Assembly (NCBI GenBank): GCA_964016885.1
Contig: OZ024741.1
Location: 159,278,001-159,342,000, forward strand
Reading direction: 5' to 3'
Length of the DNA stretch: 64,000 nucleotides
Source of the DNA: Eledone cirrhosa
Taxonomy: Eukaryota
Each line of letters opens with the position of its first letter. Position 1 is the stretch's first letter. Both the position numbers and the translations under genes were made by a program. Positions 23,625 through 37,967 of this stretch are shown one piece after another. The notes under the pieces are model-generated. The model ran no database searches. It saw only the letters and a list, made by a program, of their open reading frames with translations, and was not told the DNA's origin.

Positions 23625-24075
23625 TCTGTGTGTGTGTATATATATATATATATTACACACACAGAAATGTATATATATTTCTGTGTGTATATATATATAT
23701 TACACACAGAAATGTATATATATTTCTGTGTGTGTGTATATATATATATTACACACACACAAATGTATATATATTTCTGTGTGTATATATATATATTACA
23801 CACACAGAAATGTATATATATATTTCTGTGTGTGTATATATATACATTACACACGCAGAAATGTATATATATTTCTGTGTGTATATATATATATTTCTGT
23901 GTGTGTATATATATATATATATTACACACACAGAAATGTATATATATTTCTGTGTGTGTATATATATACATTACACACGCAGAAATGTATATATATTTCT
24001 GTGTGTATATATATATATTTCTGTGTGTGTATATATATATATATATTACACACACAGAAATGTATATATATTTCT
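23625..24075. repeat. Minisatellite of about 45-50-bp units, each with an internal inverted repeat (CACAGAAAT..ATTTCTGTG)
   Basis: Direct inspection; about nine units. Confidence 0.88.
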
Positions 24076-24194
24076 TAGAACAAAATTATTATTAATGTTT
24101 TGCTGTTCATAACAATTGGAATTGAAAAATTACTTTTGAAATTATTAGTTATTTTACTAATGCTTAGATATGTAAAAATGAAGCAATGTTTCTA

Positions 24195-24387
24195 ATAATT
24201 GTTTCTACTTTTGGCACAAGGCCAGCAATTACCCAGTACATTACTGGTACTTTATTTTATCGACCCCGTGAGGATGAAAGGCAAAGTTAACCTCGGCGGT
24301 ATTTGAACTCAGACCGTAAAGGGACGTAACTCCATGCTATGAAGCATGGTGTCCGACTCTCTACAGATTCTGCCAATCCACCGCCCT
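24195..24387 (-). mobile_element. SINE (main family)
   Basis: Full family sequence on the minus strand. Confidence 0.9.
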
Positions 24388-24713
24388 AATGTCTGTACGT
24401 AATGAGGGAGTGAGAGGGGAGAGAAAGAAAGGCAGAGGTGAAGTGACGAAGTGACTCTCTCCTCCTCCTCCTCCTCCTCCTCCTCCTCCTCCTCCTCCTC
24501 CTCCTCCATCTCCCCATTCGTCACAGCGATAGAGGGGAGGAATGTTAGTGTGTTACAAAGAGAAAGAGTGAGATTGAGAGAAACAGACAGACTAAAAGAG
24601 AGGGATAGCTGGAGAGAGAGATAGCAACCACGCGCGCACGTGTTTCCACTGTCGGACAGACAGACAGAGAAATTGCTGGTTATATATTATAAGGAGATGT
24701 ATATATATATATA

Positions 24714-27700
24714 TCTATATATATAAAACGGTAGATGTCTGTCTGCGTGTGTGTATGATTTTTATGCATTTCCACATTTCTCTACCGATTTTGATGATTT
24801 TTTTCCAATGTGCTCCAAATTTATCAGGGCAGGTCAACGCGTAATTATTTTTCCTAAAAATGTCCTGCTTCTATGAAAAAAAAATCGATAAAACTAAATA
24901 CATGCTGTAACCCTCTCTCTTACACGCTTCATTCCTCTCACTACCCTCAATCTCCTCTGCAACTCTCTTTAAAAGGTTACTGCCTCCGTCTCTGAAGGAA
25001 CGCGACACAAACTTTGATAACCCTCTCTCTTACACGCTTCATTCTTCTCACTACCCTCAATCTCCTCTGTAACTCTCTTTAAAGGTTACTGCCTCCGTCT
25101 CCATTACAATTTAGGTACACACTTATATTTTACATCAAATAACAAATATTCAAAAGCAACAGATGAATTTATAAAACAACAAACGTAACAATAACGACCT
25201 CTCTATAATTTAACTGCTTTACTCTCTCTGTCTCTCTTCACTCCCTATATGACAACTCTGCAGAGAGAGAAACAATGTATATGATCAAATGGAGCGTTCT
25301 GTATATTCCCCCTCTCTATAATTTAACTGCTTTACTCTCTCTGTCGCTCTTCACTCCCTATATGACAACACTGCAGTGGAGCGTTCCGTATTGACATACG
25401 GCTTATCTGGGGCATTTACAATCGGCTTATTGCAAATAACAACCCGCAAAATAACACTTCATATAACAGATTAATGTTATAGACATATGAATCGGAATGT
25501 AACCCCTGAACTTTTTCCTGGGCAAAATTATTCGAACAGACATGACCTCATTGCCAGAGTGTTCAGACTGAAACTGGCTAAACTCATGGCTTTAATCAAA
25601 AAGGTCAGGTATTTGGGCTGTAAAATGTGACATGTTCACCGTCGAATGGCAAAAACGAGGGCTGCCACATGCTCACATTTTGATTTGGTTCGCTGATAAA
25701 ATCAATTCAAATGCCATAGACAGCTTCATTTCGGCTGAAATCCCTAACCCAGCAACTGACCAGGAATTACATGACATCGTCAAAGCTAACATGGTCCGTG
25801 TGCGTCGGGTCCTAATGAGCATCGCACGTGTCTGAAAGGGGGGGGGGGGGGGTCGTGCAGTAAGGGATACCCCCAAAAATTTGTTGAGGAGACTCAGACT
25901 GGTGGCGATGGGTACCCCCTGTACAGGCGGAGAAGGCCCGAGAACGGTGGCCTCACCACAACAGTAAAGGGAGGTCAAGTCGACAATAGATGGGTGGTCC
26001 CTTACTGCCCGCTTCTCTTGAAGATGTTCAACGCCCACATCAACGTTGAGTTTTGAAACTCCGTCAAGTCGATAAAATACATATGCAAATATGTAAATAA
26101 GGGCTCTGATGAGGTCATAGAATACCCGGCGGGGCGGTACATCAGTAGCAATGAACTTTTTGGCGCCTATTTGGTTTCTCCCTACACCAACGGCACCCCG
26201 CCATCGTACAGCTTGCGGTACATTTGGAAAATGGGAAAAGGGTTTACTTTACGAACCAAACCGCCGCCAAGCTGGCCGCCGATCCGAAAGAGACCACTCT
26301 GACAGGTTTCTTCAAACTTTGCCAGTTCGATACATTTGCGCAAACAATTGTATACTCCCAGGTTACATCCTACTTTATATGGTCGAAAAACACTTGGGTG
26401 CGAAGAAAGTCAGATCAGGCTGTTGAAAGACATCCTGGTGTAAAATTTGACAGCTGTCCTGGAAGGGTTTACACTATGCCCCCAAGTCAGCATGAGTGCT
26501 TTCATCTCCGCCTTCTTCGGCATGAAGTTGTAGGCCCACAAAAGTTTTCAGGACCTCAAAACTGTTGATAGAGAAATATGTGATACGTACCGGGAAGCCT
26601 GCTTTAAGCGTGGTCTTTTGGAAGATGATTCGCAATGGGATTCCACTTTAGCAGAGGGTTCTTTGCTGAAATCACCTAAAGGTCTACGGGAACTCTTTGC
26701 CATTTTGCTTCAAAAGTGTAAACCGGGTGATCCCAAATCTTTATAGGTCAAGTACAGAGACTTCATGTCTGAGGATTTCCTGCGCCTGGCTCATCTGCAG
26801 TATCCTTCAGTAGAAGTTGCTTACAACGGCATTATCTGCAACAGGGCACTCATTGATATCGAGGACGCCCTCCTCGACATGGGTGAGAGTGAGTTGGCGA
26901 CGTATGGCTTGCCGTCAACCGTCACAGAAGAAGTTAACACGTTGACCCCGGATTTGTTGCGGGAAACAGCATATGACATCGAATCTCTTTCCCAATACTT
27001 AGAAGAAAATGAGCCCAAACGTCTATCGGACCAAAGGTTGGCCTATTTAACTATCATTGACGCGGTTCAAAATCAGACTTTACTTTCTCGATGCTCCTGG
27101 GGGTACCGGAAAAACTTTTGTAACAAAATTGATTCCCGCTAAGATTCGCCAGGAGAGAAAAATTGCGTTGGCCGTTGCATCGTCCGGGATCGCTGCTACT
27201 TTGCTGCCGAGGGCAGGACAGCACATTCAACCTTTAAGCTCCCCTTGGATTTAGTAAAAACTGAGACACCAACATGCAATATCAACAAGATTTCACACGA
27301 AGCTCTTGTTCTCAAAAAATGTTGCCTCATTGTTTGGGATGAGTGCACAATGGCATACAAGGGTGCCTTTGAGGCATTGGACAGGACCCTGAAAGACATT
27401 AGGGATTCTACGGCTCCTATGGGTGGCGTAACCCTTCTGCTATCAAGGGATTTTCGGCAAACGCTGTCTGTCATCCCCAAAGGGACAAGAGCTGATGAAG
27501 TGCGTGCCTGCCTTAAGTCGTCCACGTTGTGGCCCCAGGTGAATACTTTGTACCTGAGCACAAATATGCGTGCTCATTTGCATGGTGACAACATGTCTGC
27601 AGCATTTGCTCAGAACATTTTAGCACTTGGTGAGGGCAAGGTCCTGCGGATGACAAGGGCGGAATAGCAATCGACTCCCTGTGCAACATTGTGAGCAGCC

Positions 27701-28695
27701 TTTCTGACCTTTGGGAGGCAGTTTTTCCTAATGTCTCATCTAATTTTAAAAACTTCGATTGGATCAGCGAAAGAGCCATCCTTGCTCCGAAAAATGCCAT
27801 GGTTAATTTTATTAACGAGCAACTGATTGACAAAATTCCCGGTAAAAGCACATCTTCAAATCTATCGACCGGACGTCAGACCCCGACGATATCGTTAATT
27901 ATCCGGTTGAGTTATTAAATTCCCTTGAGCCTCCAGGGCTCCCACCTCACATTCTTAAGCTTAGAGTTGGCAGTCTCATTATGCTAATAAGGAACTTGCG
28001 CCCACCAAAGCAGTGCAACGATACTCGCATGGTCGTCAAGTCAATGACGTCCCACTTGATTGAGGCCACCATTGTAACGGGGTGCGGGAGAGGGGAGAAT
28101 GTTTTCATTCCAAGGATGAACCTTTTCCTCTCGGCGTCAGATATCCCGTTTGATTTCCGGCGATCCCAATTCCCGATGAGACCATGTTTTGCCATGTCCA
28201 TTAACAAATCACAAGGGCAAACATTGTCGGTGGCGGGCATCCATTTGGGGGAGCCATGCTTCTCCCTTGGTCAACTTTATGTTGTCTGTTCCCACGTAGG
28301 GAGCAGGAATGGAGTTTTTGCTTACACTCCTCAAGGGATGACACGCAATATCGTCTACAAAGAGGTGCTATAGATGTTGGTGCATGTGTTGGAGGTGTTG
28401 GAGCTATGCCGTCTGAAAAACTATTTCCTGGTAGGGTCACCCATGGCGGACAGATGTGACACCCAGCGGCATCAGGGCCACCATCTTGCAACTTTGGTCT
28501 GCTAAATTCGCTATTGGAAGATTATTAACCCATCATTGATTGTCCAAAATGCTAATTGGTTCGTAACTTTTAATAACCGGTTCAACTGCTTTATGCACTT
28601 AATTGATAAGCTTATTCGCTTTCAAGCCACGTTTACCTGTATGTAACTTTTCATAGCAAATGAACAAACCCGAGCAACGCCGGGCTAAACTGCTA

Positions 28696-28696
<1 letters not shown>
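24714..28696 (+). mobile_element. Helitron with a decayed Rep/Pif1-helicase gene
   Basis: 5' TC after A; 3' hairpin CCCGAGCAACGCCGGG + CTAG before T. HUH motif VEWQKRGLPHAHIL, Walker A APGGTGKT, IVWDECTM, DFRQTL, ILAPKN, NKSQGQT. Many frameshifts and stops. Confidence 0.95.
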
Positions 28697-28735
<39 letters not shown>

Positions 28736-29027
28736 CACCATTGAACAACCTTGAATCATAGACAACCTATGTATTTCTAGGGGTACCCAGTATCCCTAGA
28801 CTTATTAACTTCTACCTTTTTCTCCGTCCGTTGAGAACAATCCTGTTGCTCTACTTGGCTGCTATTTTTTTAGTAGTAATTGTAGACAGCAAGTCTTTGA
28901 TTTTCCCGCTTTTACTTCGGTCCAGTTTACATACGGGTCACTTTTACGACCTTTCAGACCTTTATTAGCTGGCAGGAGGTTGTATATTTTGTCGTTCCTG
29001 GGACGTTTAGCCCTAGGAAGGGAAAAT

Positions 29028-29109
29028 GCTTCTCTGATGAGCTTTGGTTTTCCATCATAAATCCATCGGATTTATGAGGTTTTACAAAGCGAAACTGATC
29101 AGTAAGGGC
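29028..29109 (+). ncRNA. Hammerhead ribozyme with long stem II
   Basis: TTCT-CTGATGA-GCTTTG..TCATAAATCC atc GGATTTATGA..CAAAGC-GAAA-CTGATCAG-TA-AGGG. Confidence 0.75.
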
Positions 29110-29189
29110 CACTAGGAGAGGTAAATATTTATATTATATTTTTTAATGTATTTTAAAAAATTGATTGAATTTTACTTGTTCTGCTTATC

Positions 29190-29667
<478 letters not shown>

Positions 29668-30917
29668 CGAGTGTGTGTGTAAATTCTGACATTCTCACCA
29701 GCTACTGCGATAGCTGCGGCATGATCACAGCTTTAAATATTCATAGCGAGACTTTTGTATGTTTATTATACATAAACGTATATATGCCTTCATATACACT
29801 CTGATTATGAGCCATGCTATGTTAGTGCTACTGTTAATTCACTGTAACCGGTCAATTTCGCACTATATGCAAATGAGTATTACCAGCCTGTGTTTTATGT
29901 GCACTATATGCTAATAAGTACCTCCATTTTATACGCATAAAAGCATATATTTTCACTTACTCCTGTCTCAGTACCGAGTGAGTAAATGTCACAAATGACA
30001 GCTAAAAATGCAACCTTCTCACTGGCAAGTGAGACAGCTGTGACACAATCTTACTTAAAACATTCATAACGAGACTCTTGTTAGTATAATATACATAAAC
30101 ATATTGTATATGCCTTCATATACACATCTATCATGAATCACGATATGTCAGTAGCTGGATCTTAAAGTTTTGACACTTCTAAAACGAACAAATATCTAGA
30201 AGGGAGGAAGAAAAACTAAACGGAAATAGAAAGAGAAACGATAAGAAAGAAAAAGGACGAATGAGATAAAAAGAGAGTAAGAAAGATAGATAGAAATGAC
30301 GAAGGAGTAAACAGCTTTTGGCGGGAAGAACTGGGCTAAGTTCTTCTGTCGCTAGATCTATGTAGGGTAACGTAAAAGAAAAGTTTGATTAGTCAGTGTT
30401 TTGGGAACAACTGAAAACACCCACCTGTTTTCTTGGTTTGTCTTGATGTATTTCCATGTTTTTCTTTTTCTTTTAAGCTACCTTGAACACTCCCATAGTA
30501 AAAAGGAAACCCCACCTCCACAACCATCAACTACACACCACCGCCGACAACACCATCACACACACAGTTCTCGGGTGAGTCAACCCCAGTGAATTTATAT
30601 CAAAACTAATGTGTCATAGAGATACAATCTGTTAAACAGCGAAAGGGTTAGACGGGAGGAGGAGTGAGGTGAGTAAAGGAGATATATAGTGTACGGTAAG
30701 GTGGTATTTAGGATACAACGGAAATACACACAAGCAGAGAAAATAAAACAATGACGGTGACCGCCCACATGTCTGGGAAACCCTAGACTAACAGGCTACT
30801 GAATCAGCCTAAATTGACACTACTTATATATTCTTTTATTTCTTTAGTGGTTTCATTCATTAGTTTGCGGCCATGCTGTGATGTCGCTTTGGTTTAGTTG
30901 AACATATCGACTCGAGA

Positions 30918-31142
30918 ATGGTGGATTAGCAGTATCGGTAAAGCGTTGTACAACATGATTCGTGGCACAGAGTTACGACCCTTTACGTTCTGAGATCAAA
31001 TCCAGCCGAGGTTAGCTTTGCCTTTCATTCTTACAGGGTCGATAAAATAAAGTACCAGTCACGCATTGAAGGTCGATTTAATCGCCCCCCCCCCAAAAAA
31101 AAAACAATTGTTGGCCTTGTGCCTAAATCAGAAACCGTTATT
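30918..31142 (+). mobile_element. SINE (main family)
   Basis: Family core. Confidence 0.85.
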
Positions 31143-31510
31143 GTTATTTTAGATTATGTAAATTTGTATTTATACACTTACATGTTCAGGCTACGTTAGC
31201 TAGAAACCCTGACGAGTAGGCTGAACCGGATATCACTAGTTCTAATTTCAATTTACATTTTTCAAATGTATTCTTTCTACGATTTTGCCTTGGTTTCTCA
31301 AGATTTCTCATACATACCATATCAATATGGTTTTCTCATACATACCATATCAATATGGATATTGATATAGTATGTATGAGAAATCTTGTAAGAAATCTTG
31401 TAAAATCCCATATGATTCAGGTTGAATGATATATAACATTTGTGGTGTAATCTACCCTCGTAATTTTAGACACAGGTTTACTGTGTTTACTTCTACACGT
31501 ATTAATATTA

Positions 31511-31697
31511 TAATTGTTTCTACTTTTAGGCACAAGGCCAGCAATTACCCAGTGTCTTACTGGTACTTTATTTTATCGACCCCCGTAAGGATGAAAGGCA
31601 AAGTCAACCTCGGCGGGATTTGAACTCAGATCGTAAAGGGACGTAACTATGCTGGAAAGCATGGCGTCCGACCCTCTACCGATACTGCCAATCCAAT
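31511..31697 (-). mobile_element. SINE (main family)
   Basis: Family core. Confidence 0.9.
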
Positions 31698-31770
31698 GCT
31701 CAGTATTTATACTTTGAGCTTGTGAATTGCAGGGTATCTATATCAGTTATTAACTCTATATTTTATTTGA

Positions 31771-31817
<47 letters not shown>

Positions 31818-31914
31818 TATATATATATATATATATAGATATATATATAGATATATATATATATATAGAGAGAGAGAGAGGGGGGAGAGGAGGGAGGTAT
31901 GTGTAACCAAAGCC

Positions 31915-32396
31915 AAAAAACGTTATCTTCAATTTAGTATTCGTGCCAACCCTTACCTATGGTCATGAATCTTGAGTAATGACCGAAAGAATACGATCGC
32001 GAATACAAGCGGCCGAAATGGGGTTTTCCCGAATGGTCTTTGAAGTAACGTTACTCGATAGAGTGTGTAGCTCGGAGATCAGAGATTCGCTCCAGGTAGA
32101 GAGCCGCTACTTCACCGAATTGAGAAATCACAGTTCCGATACTGTGGGCATGTGGTTAGAATGTCTCGGGAAAGAATTGCTGGACAGATTTTACAGGCAA
32201 AACCACCCGGCAAGAGACTCAGGGGTAGACCCCGAGCAAAATGGTTGGATAACATCCATGCGCTTGGCTGGTCACGCTTAGGAGTCCAGCCGGATTAGTT
32301 GGAGACGATTGCTTCTGACAGGACCTGCTGGAAAGAGTGTTTGAGGACTCTACCCTCACGACCCTCGCCGAAATAAATGGAAGAAGAAGAAGAAGT
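31915..32396 (+). pseudogene. RTE (Expander/Rex3-like) 3' fragment with (GAA)n tail
   Basis: SVFVPTLTYGHES*VMTERIRSRIQAAEMGF..GHVVRM..GRPRAKWLDNI. Confidence 0.85.
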
Positions 32397-32867
32397 TATA
32401 TGAAATATCGACTCGTTGACCATAACTCCTCGATGTAAATTTGGCGCTAAAATACCGAAAACAGAGGACACTCATGCAGATAGAGTGATGGATACAACAT
32501 TATTAATATTTTACATAAAAACATTTAATGAAGTAGAACATTAAAATATTTACTTACATTATATTAGCAATATAGACTTCTAATAAATGTTTAGACTATA
32601 GTTTTATACGCATTAATATCCTTTATCTATATATCGTAATATTTCGACACAGCTGCAGTAGTTTTCAAACTATCGATAATATGGTATTCAGATAAGTCTG
32701 TGATAAGAGTTTTGCTGAAACATATCACATAAAGAATCTACGCCAGTCATGGCCAAACAGCAACCTATTTCAATTTCTGAATGGCAGACCTGTCAATTCT
32801 CCCCGTCCGACAGGGAGATCTCCCACTCACTTTGGGATAGGTGAGACATGTCTTCTCTTGTGAAAAT

Positions 32868-33053
32868 GGGTTGGCAGTATCGGTAGAGGCGTCGGACGCC
32901 ATGCTTTGACGCATAGAGTTACGGCCCTTGCCATTCTGAGTTCAAATCCCGCCGAGGTTAACTTTGCCTTTCATCCTTACGGGGTCGATAACATAAAGTA
33001 CCAGTAATGTACTGGGTAATTACTGGCCTTGTGCCAAAAGTAGAAACAATTAT
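32868..33053 (+). mobile_element. SINE inserted into the MITE at 32785-33352
   Basis: Family core; absent from the paralogous MITE at 16962-17138. Confidence 0.9.
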
Positions 33054-33624
33054 GTAAAATCTTCCCATTTTGCCTCATTTCTCCCCGTTTGGGGGCAATT
33101 TTTTTCATGGTACTCGCCTGCGTCTCTGCCATCTTCACTTTCTTTGTTTCATAGTATTATCCTCTCATACTTCCAGTTACCTGCCTCTTCCACTATCTTT
33201 CATTCTTTGTCTTTCGTTTCTCTCTCGCCTTCTATTTCTCCAACCCTATCTCCTATTCTTTCAGTTAACCTGAACTGTCAATCTCTATACGTTAACTATT
33301 GATATCCACTGTAAGATGAATTAGAAACTCCCCGTTTGGGTTTTTAGAGGTTCTTACCCAAAGAAAAATTTCCTTGATATTTTTTTAAATATTGCGACCC
33401 GATTTATGATGAGTGATATCTCATATGACCCACTGCTCAAAAAGGATTGCTCATGTCTGATCTATGCGATCTATGGATTTGTAAGAAATAGCTGCCAAGT
33501 TTGTTCAGACTATATTGTCTTAAAAACAAACAAATAAAATAATCAAATAAGGGATATGCTGCATAATGTGGTCCTATGTTCTACAAACATAGGGGTGATT
33601 TTCTGTTATTGTTAAAAATGAAAG

Positions 33625-34420
33625 TAAATTTACAATAGTACTCCAACTATGAAAAGTCTTAATTACTGGGATCAGCTCCTAAAGCTAAAATTCTATTGTC
33701 TCCACGAGCGCTATATCATTTGTATGAATTAGAAAACATCCAGGGGCGGTGGACTGGGGGAAACGCCAGGGGGACTGTGCCCCCCCCCCCCCCCATAATT
33801 ATATATTTTCTCCCCAAACTACCAAAACATACATCTATTTGTATATGCTCTACAATTTATGTATATGTTATGTTTATTGCATATCGATGCTTTTTATATA
33901 TTGGTTAATATTTGCTCACAACAGCTAAACTAATCACTACAACTAAATTGACCAAATTTGGCTCCCCAAATTCAGAAATACTTCCACTGCCCTTGACATT
34001 CCATCATTATTGCTCAAATGATGTTGGCATCTACTTTAAAATTCCTTCTTGGTTTGGTCCCCGTGCTATCCGTCCCTTACAAAAATCTATCTCGCATCAT
34101 ATAACGACATTACGACAAAATTATTTCCCCTCAATTGGTCCTGCATTCTTTAATATTATACCGAAATATACCTCAAGGAAGAAAAAATTCTATAACATTG
34201 AAATAGTTCTTGGGCAAATTTCTCCAAGACATTTCAGATGAACAACTTATACTCAGATATGTTTCTGTCACCAACAACAACTCCCTACTGGGGTGGGCCA
34301 TGGGGTTCAAATTATGACTGAAGCATGAAACATGATGTTATAGACTTCGTCAGGTACGGCTATTATGTTAGACACGGCCTGAGCCAATACTGGCCGAAAC
34401 ATATCAAAATTATATACACG
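33625..34420 (+). pseudogene. CR1-like LINE 3' fragment interrupted by a MITE
   Basis: LNYWDQLLKLKFY..ERYII | MITE | GPRAIRP..TLRQNYFPSIGPAFFNIIPK..FLQDISDE..NNNSLLGWA. The tail TTAGACACGGCCTGAGCCAATACTGGCCGAAAC is also present at 48950-49015 (-). Confidence 0.75.
33741..33995. mobile_element. hAT-like MITE
   Basis: TIR CAGGGGCGGTGGA / TCCACTGCCCTTG. Confidence 0.7.
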
Positions 34421-34875
34421 ATTCGAAGATGGCACACCGTGACAGTAACACAGTTTGGCGCGCCGTCACCAAATCTAGTCTATTCTCTGTTTATGTTCGC
34501 CGTAATCCTGTAACTGATTTTACTTAATCTTTGCAAATCTTTGCAATTACATCTGATGACGCTGCTAAAATCTTACCTCATGATCTGATGATGTAAGCAA
34601 GTCATAGAAATACATTATTAAAGTAATATTTGGAATCCGGCTTGTTGTTGTCTTTGAACTATATATGCAGTGGCGGACTGGGTCTAAAAATATCGGTTGC
34701 CAGGAGATGAAGGGGGCCCACCTACATATATAATGCTATAATTTAATTTGTATAATGAATAAATGACATTTTCGAAAAATACATAAGTGTAAACAAAACA
34801 GTGCAATTATCTTACCTTCTCCAATAAAAAATATTATGCATTTTGCGAAATCTTGAGACTTTCAATAATGACCAG

Positions 34876-35533
34876 AAGTTGACCCTAAATATTACTAATA
34901 GCTCTAGGAAAGCCATGAACTTAGATTTTGAAAGTAGATTTATAATTATCAATTTTCATTATATTTTTGTAGCTGTCTCGGTGGCCGACTTGGAATAATC
35001 ATAAACGGTGATGATCCTGGTCTGAAGTTCGATCCTGGTCGGGCGTAGGGTTCCCAGTAAACGTTTTCAGTTTTTTTCTACGGGTTGTAAAATAAAAATT
35101 GAAAAAGGTGATATGTACCTCTTGGCCAGGATTGAACTCAAGACCAATATCTCCACCGTCTCTAGTACCTACCGCTAGGTGACAGAGACAACTACGAAAA
35201 TTTTATGAAAATTCATACATATAAACCTACTTTCAAAATTTTCAAAACAAAGTGTTGTGGTGTCGTTCATGTCTTTCTTAGTGTTATTGCTCCTACTTAA
35301 GGTCGACTTCTAAATCATTTGGGTGTTCATAAACTGCATCCTCGTTTTGTTTCTAATCTATCTAGACTATATTTTAACCTGTAACCCATGTTTCATTTCT
35401 ATTGCACCTCATTTCTCACCCCTCCCCTCTCTCTCTTTCTCTCTGTGATATTTGAATCTACTATAATTTGGGCTTACTTTATTCATATATATATGTTTTT
35501 GCATGTCAGGTTCGAACTTACAATGATTGGCAT

Positions 35534-35612
<79 letters not shown>

Positions 35613-36355
35613 ACACATATAGTATTTGTTTGCTAAAATAATCAAATTAAACAAATTCAACAGTTAAACACACAGGAATAATTAGGTTGTTACCAAAGGG
35701 CCAGAAGATTAACAAGTCGATCCTAAATATTACTAATAGCTACAGGAAAGCCATGAACGACACCACATTTTTTAAACTTTGATTTTGAATGTAGGTTTAT
35801 AATTATCAATTTTCATTGTACTTTCGTAGCTGTCTCGGTGGCCTAGTTGAAGGAATTATAGACTGTGGTGATCCTTGTCTGAAGTTCGATCCTGGTCGGG
35901 AGTAGGGTTCCCAGTAAACCTTTTCAGTTTTTTTTCTTTTGTTTGTAAAATAAAACTGAAAAAGGTTACATTGAACCCAAGGCCATGATCTCCAGCGTCT
36001 CTAGTACCTACCGCTAGGCCACAGAGACAACTACGAAAATCTTCTGAAAATTCATACATATAAACCTACTTTCAAAATTTTCAAAACAAAATGTTGTGGT
36101 GTCGTTCATATCTTTCTTAATATTATTGCTCCTTCTTAAGGTCGACTTCTAAATCATTTGGGTGTTCCATAAACTACATCCTCGTTTTGTTTCACATCTA
36201 GACTACATTTTAACCTGTAATCCATGTTTCATTTCTGTTCCACCTCATTCCCCCCCCCCCCTCTATCTATCTATCTCTCTTTCTCTGTGATGTTTGAATC
36301 TACTAGGATTTGGGCTGACCTTATTCCTATATATATATATGTTTTTGCATGTCAC
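34876..36355. repeat. Two tandem units (period about 840 bp), each a foldback containing convergent tRNA-like heads
   Basis: 34876-35510 is similar to 35714-36355; internal inverted arms; A/B boxes on both strands. Confidence 0.8.
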
Positions 36356-36440
36356 TTAGTATATATATACACCACCTTCACCACTAATTGATTTGACAGA
36401 TGTCTTTAACCCATTGATACCAAACATTATTTGGTCAGTA

Positions 36441-36545
36441 AGGCGAGGTTGACTTTGCCTTTCATCCTTACGGGGTCGATAAAATAAAGTACCAGTAATG
36501 CACTGGGCAATTGCTGGCCTTGTGCCTAAAGTAGAAACAATTATT
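36441..36545 (+). mobile_element. 5'-truncated SINE
   Basis: Family 3' half, flanked by ATTATTTGGTCAGTA on both sides (TSD). Confidence 0.88.
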
Positions 36546-36668
36546 TGGTCAGTAGTTCGTATGTAAGTATATATATAAATATACATATATATATATATGA
36601 CGAAGGACTATTTTTATCATATGTAACCTATGTGCAACCACGCAGTATTCTTCTTTCTTCTCATGTTT

Positions 36669-37299
<631 letters not shown>

Positions 37300-37332
37300 T
37301 TTCAGACGTTCAACCATCTGGCAGGAAGGTAT

Positions 37333-37375
37333 ACGATGCTGACGATAGCTAATATGCTTGAAACTAGTACATCGT
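37333..37375 (+). ncRNA. Minimal hammerhead ribozyme, second copy of the 3653 family
   Basis: ACGATG-CTGACGA-tAGC taatat GCTt-GAAA-CTAG-TA-CATCGT. Confidence 0.78.
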
Positions 37376-37645
37376 TCCTGTGTCAGTGTTGAACAAAAAG
37401 GAGACATGGTTGCCTAAACACTGTACAGCGTAATTCGGACTGTTTGTTTGTTTACAAACAAACCGAACATTATAATAAATGTTCGGTAAGCCGATACGTG
37501 CATATATATGTGTGCATGTATGTATATATATACATACTACTGTACGTCTGTATACATATATGTATGTACGTATACATACATACATACTTACATTTAAGTA
37601 AGTGCTGTACTAACAGTGAGAAATGAAATTTCGTTTCATTCTATT

Positions 37646-37733
<88 letters not shown>

Positions 37734-37814
37734 AAAGTATGCATTGAGTTAGAAACTCAAAATAGTCTCATTACAGTAAAATTAACTCTAGGAAAAAGGT
37801 TTTTCCGAGCCGTA

Positions 37815-37967
37815 TAGTATAACTGTACAAAAAAGAAAAAAGAACACAGACATATATTTTTATGCCTTCAAATCGTAATGGACCAGAAACGCTAACGTTT
37901 CTGGTCCATTACGATTTGAACGCATACATGTATATGTCTGTGTTCATTTTTCTTTTTTGTTCAGTTA

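Noticed and set aside
23625-24075. CRISPR-like repeat/spacer appearance (also 57030-57113)
   Set aside because: No unique spacers, eukaryotic context and no cas genes.
31209-31400. CTGACGA at about 31209 and a small palindrome/tandem at 31300-31400
   Set aside because: No GAAA at a compatible position; the palindrome alone is unremarkable.
34553-34612. Two CTGATGA motifs followed by GAAA
   Set aside because: Could not build consistent stems I-III.
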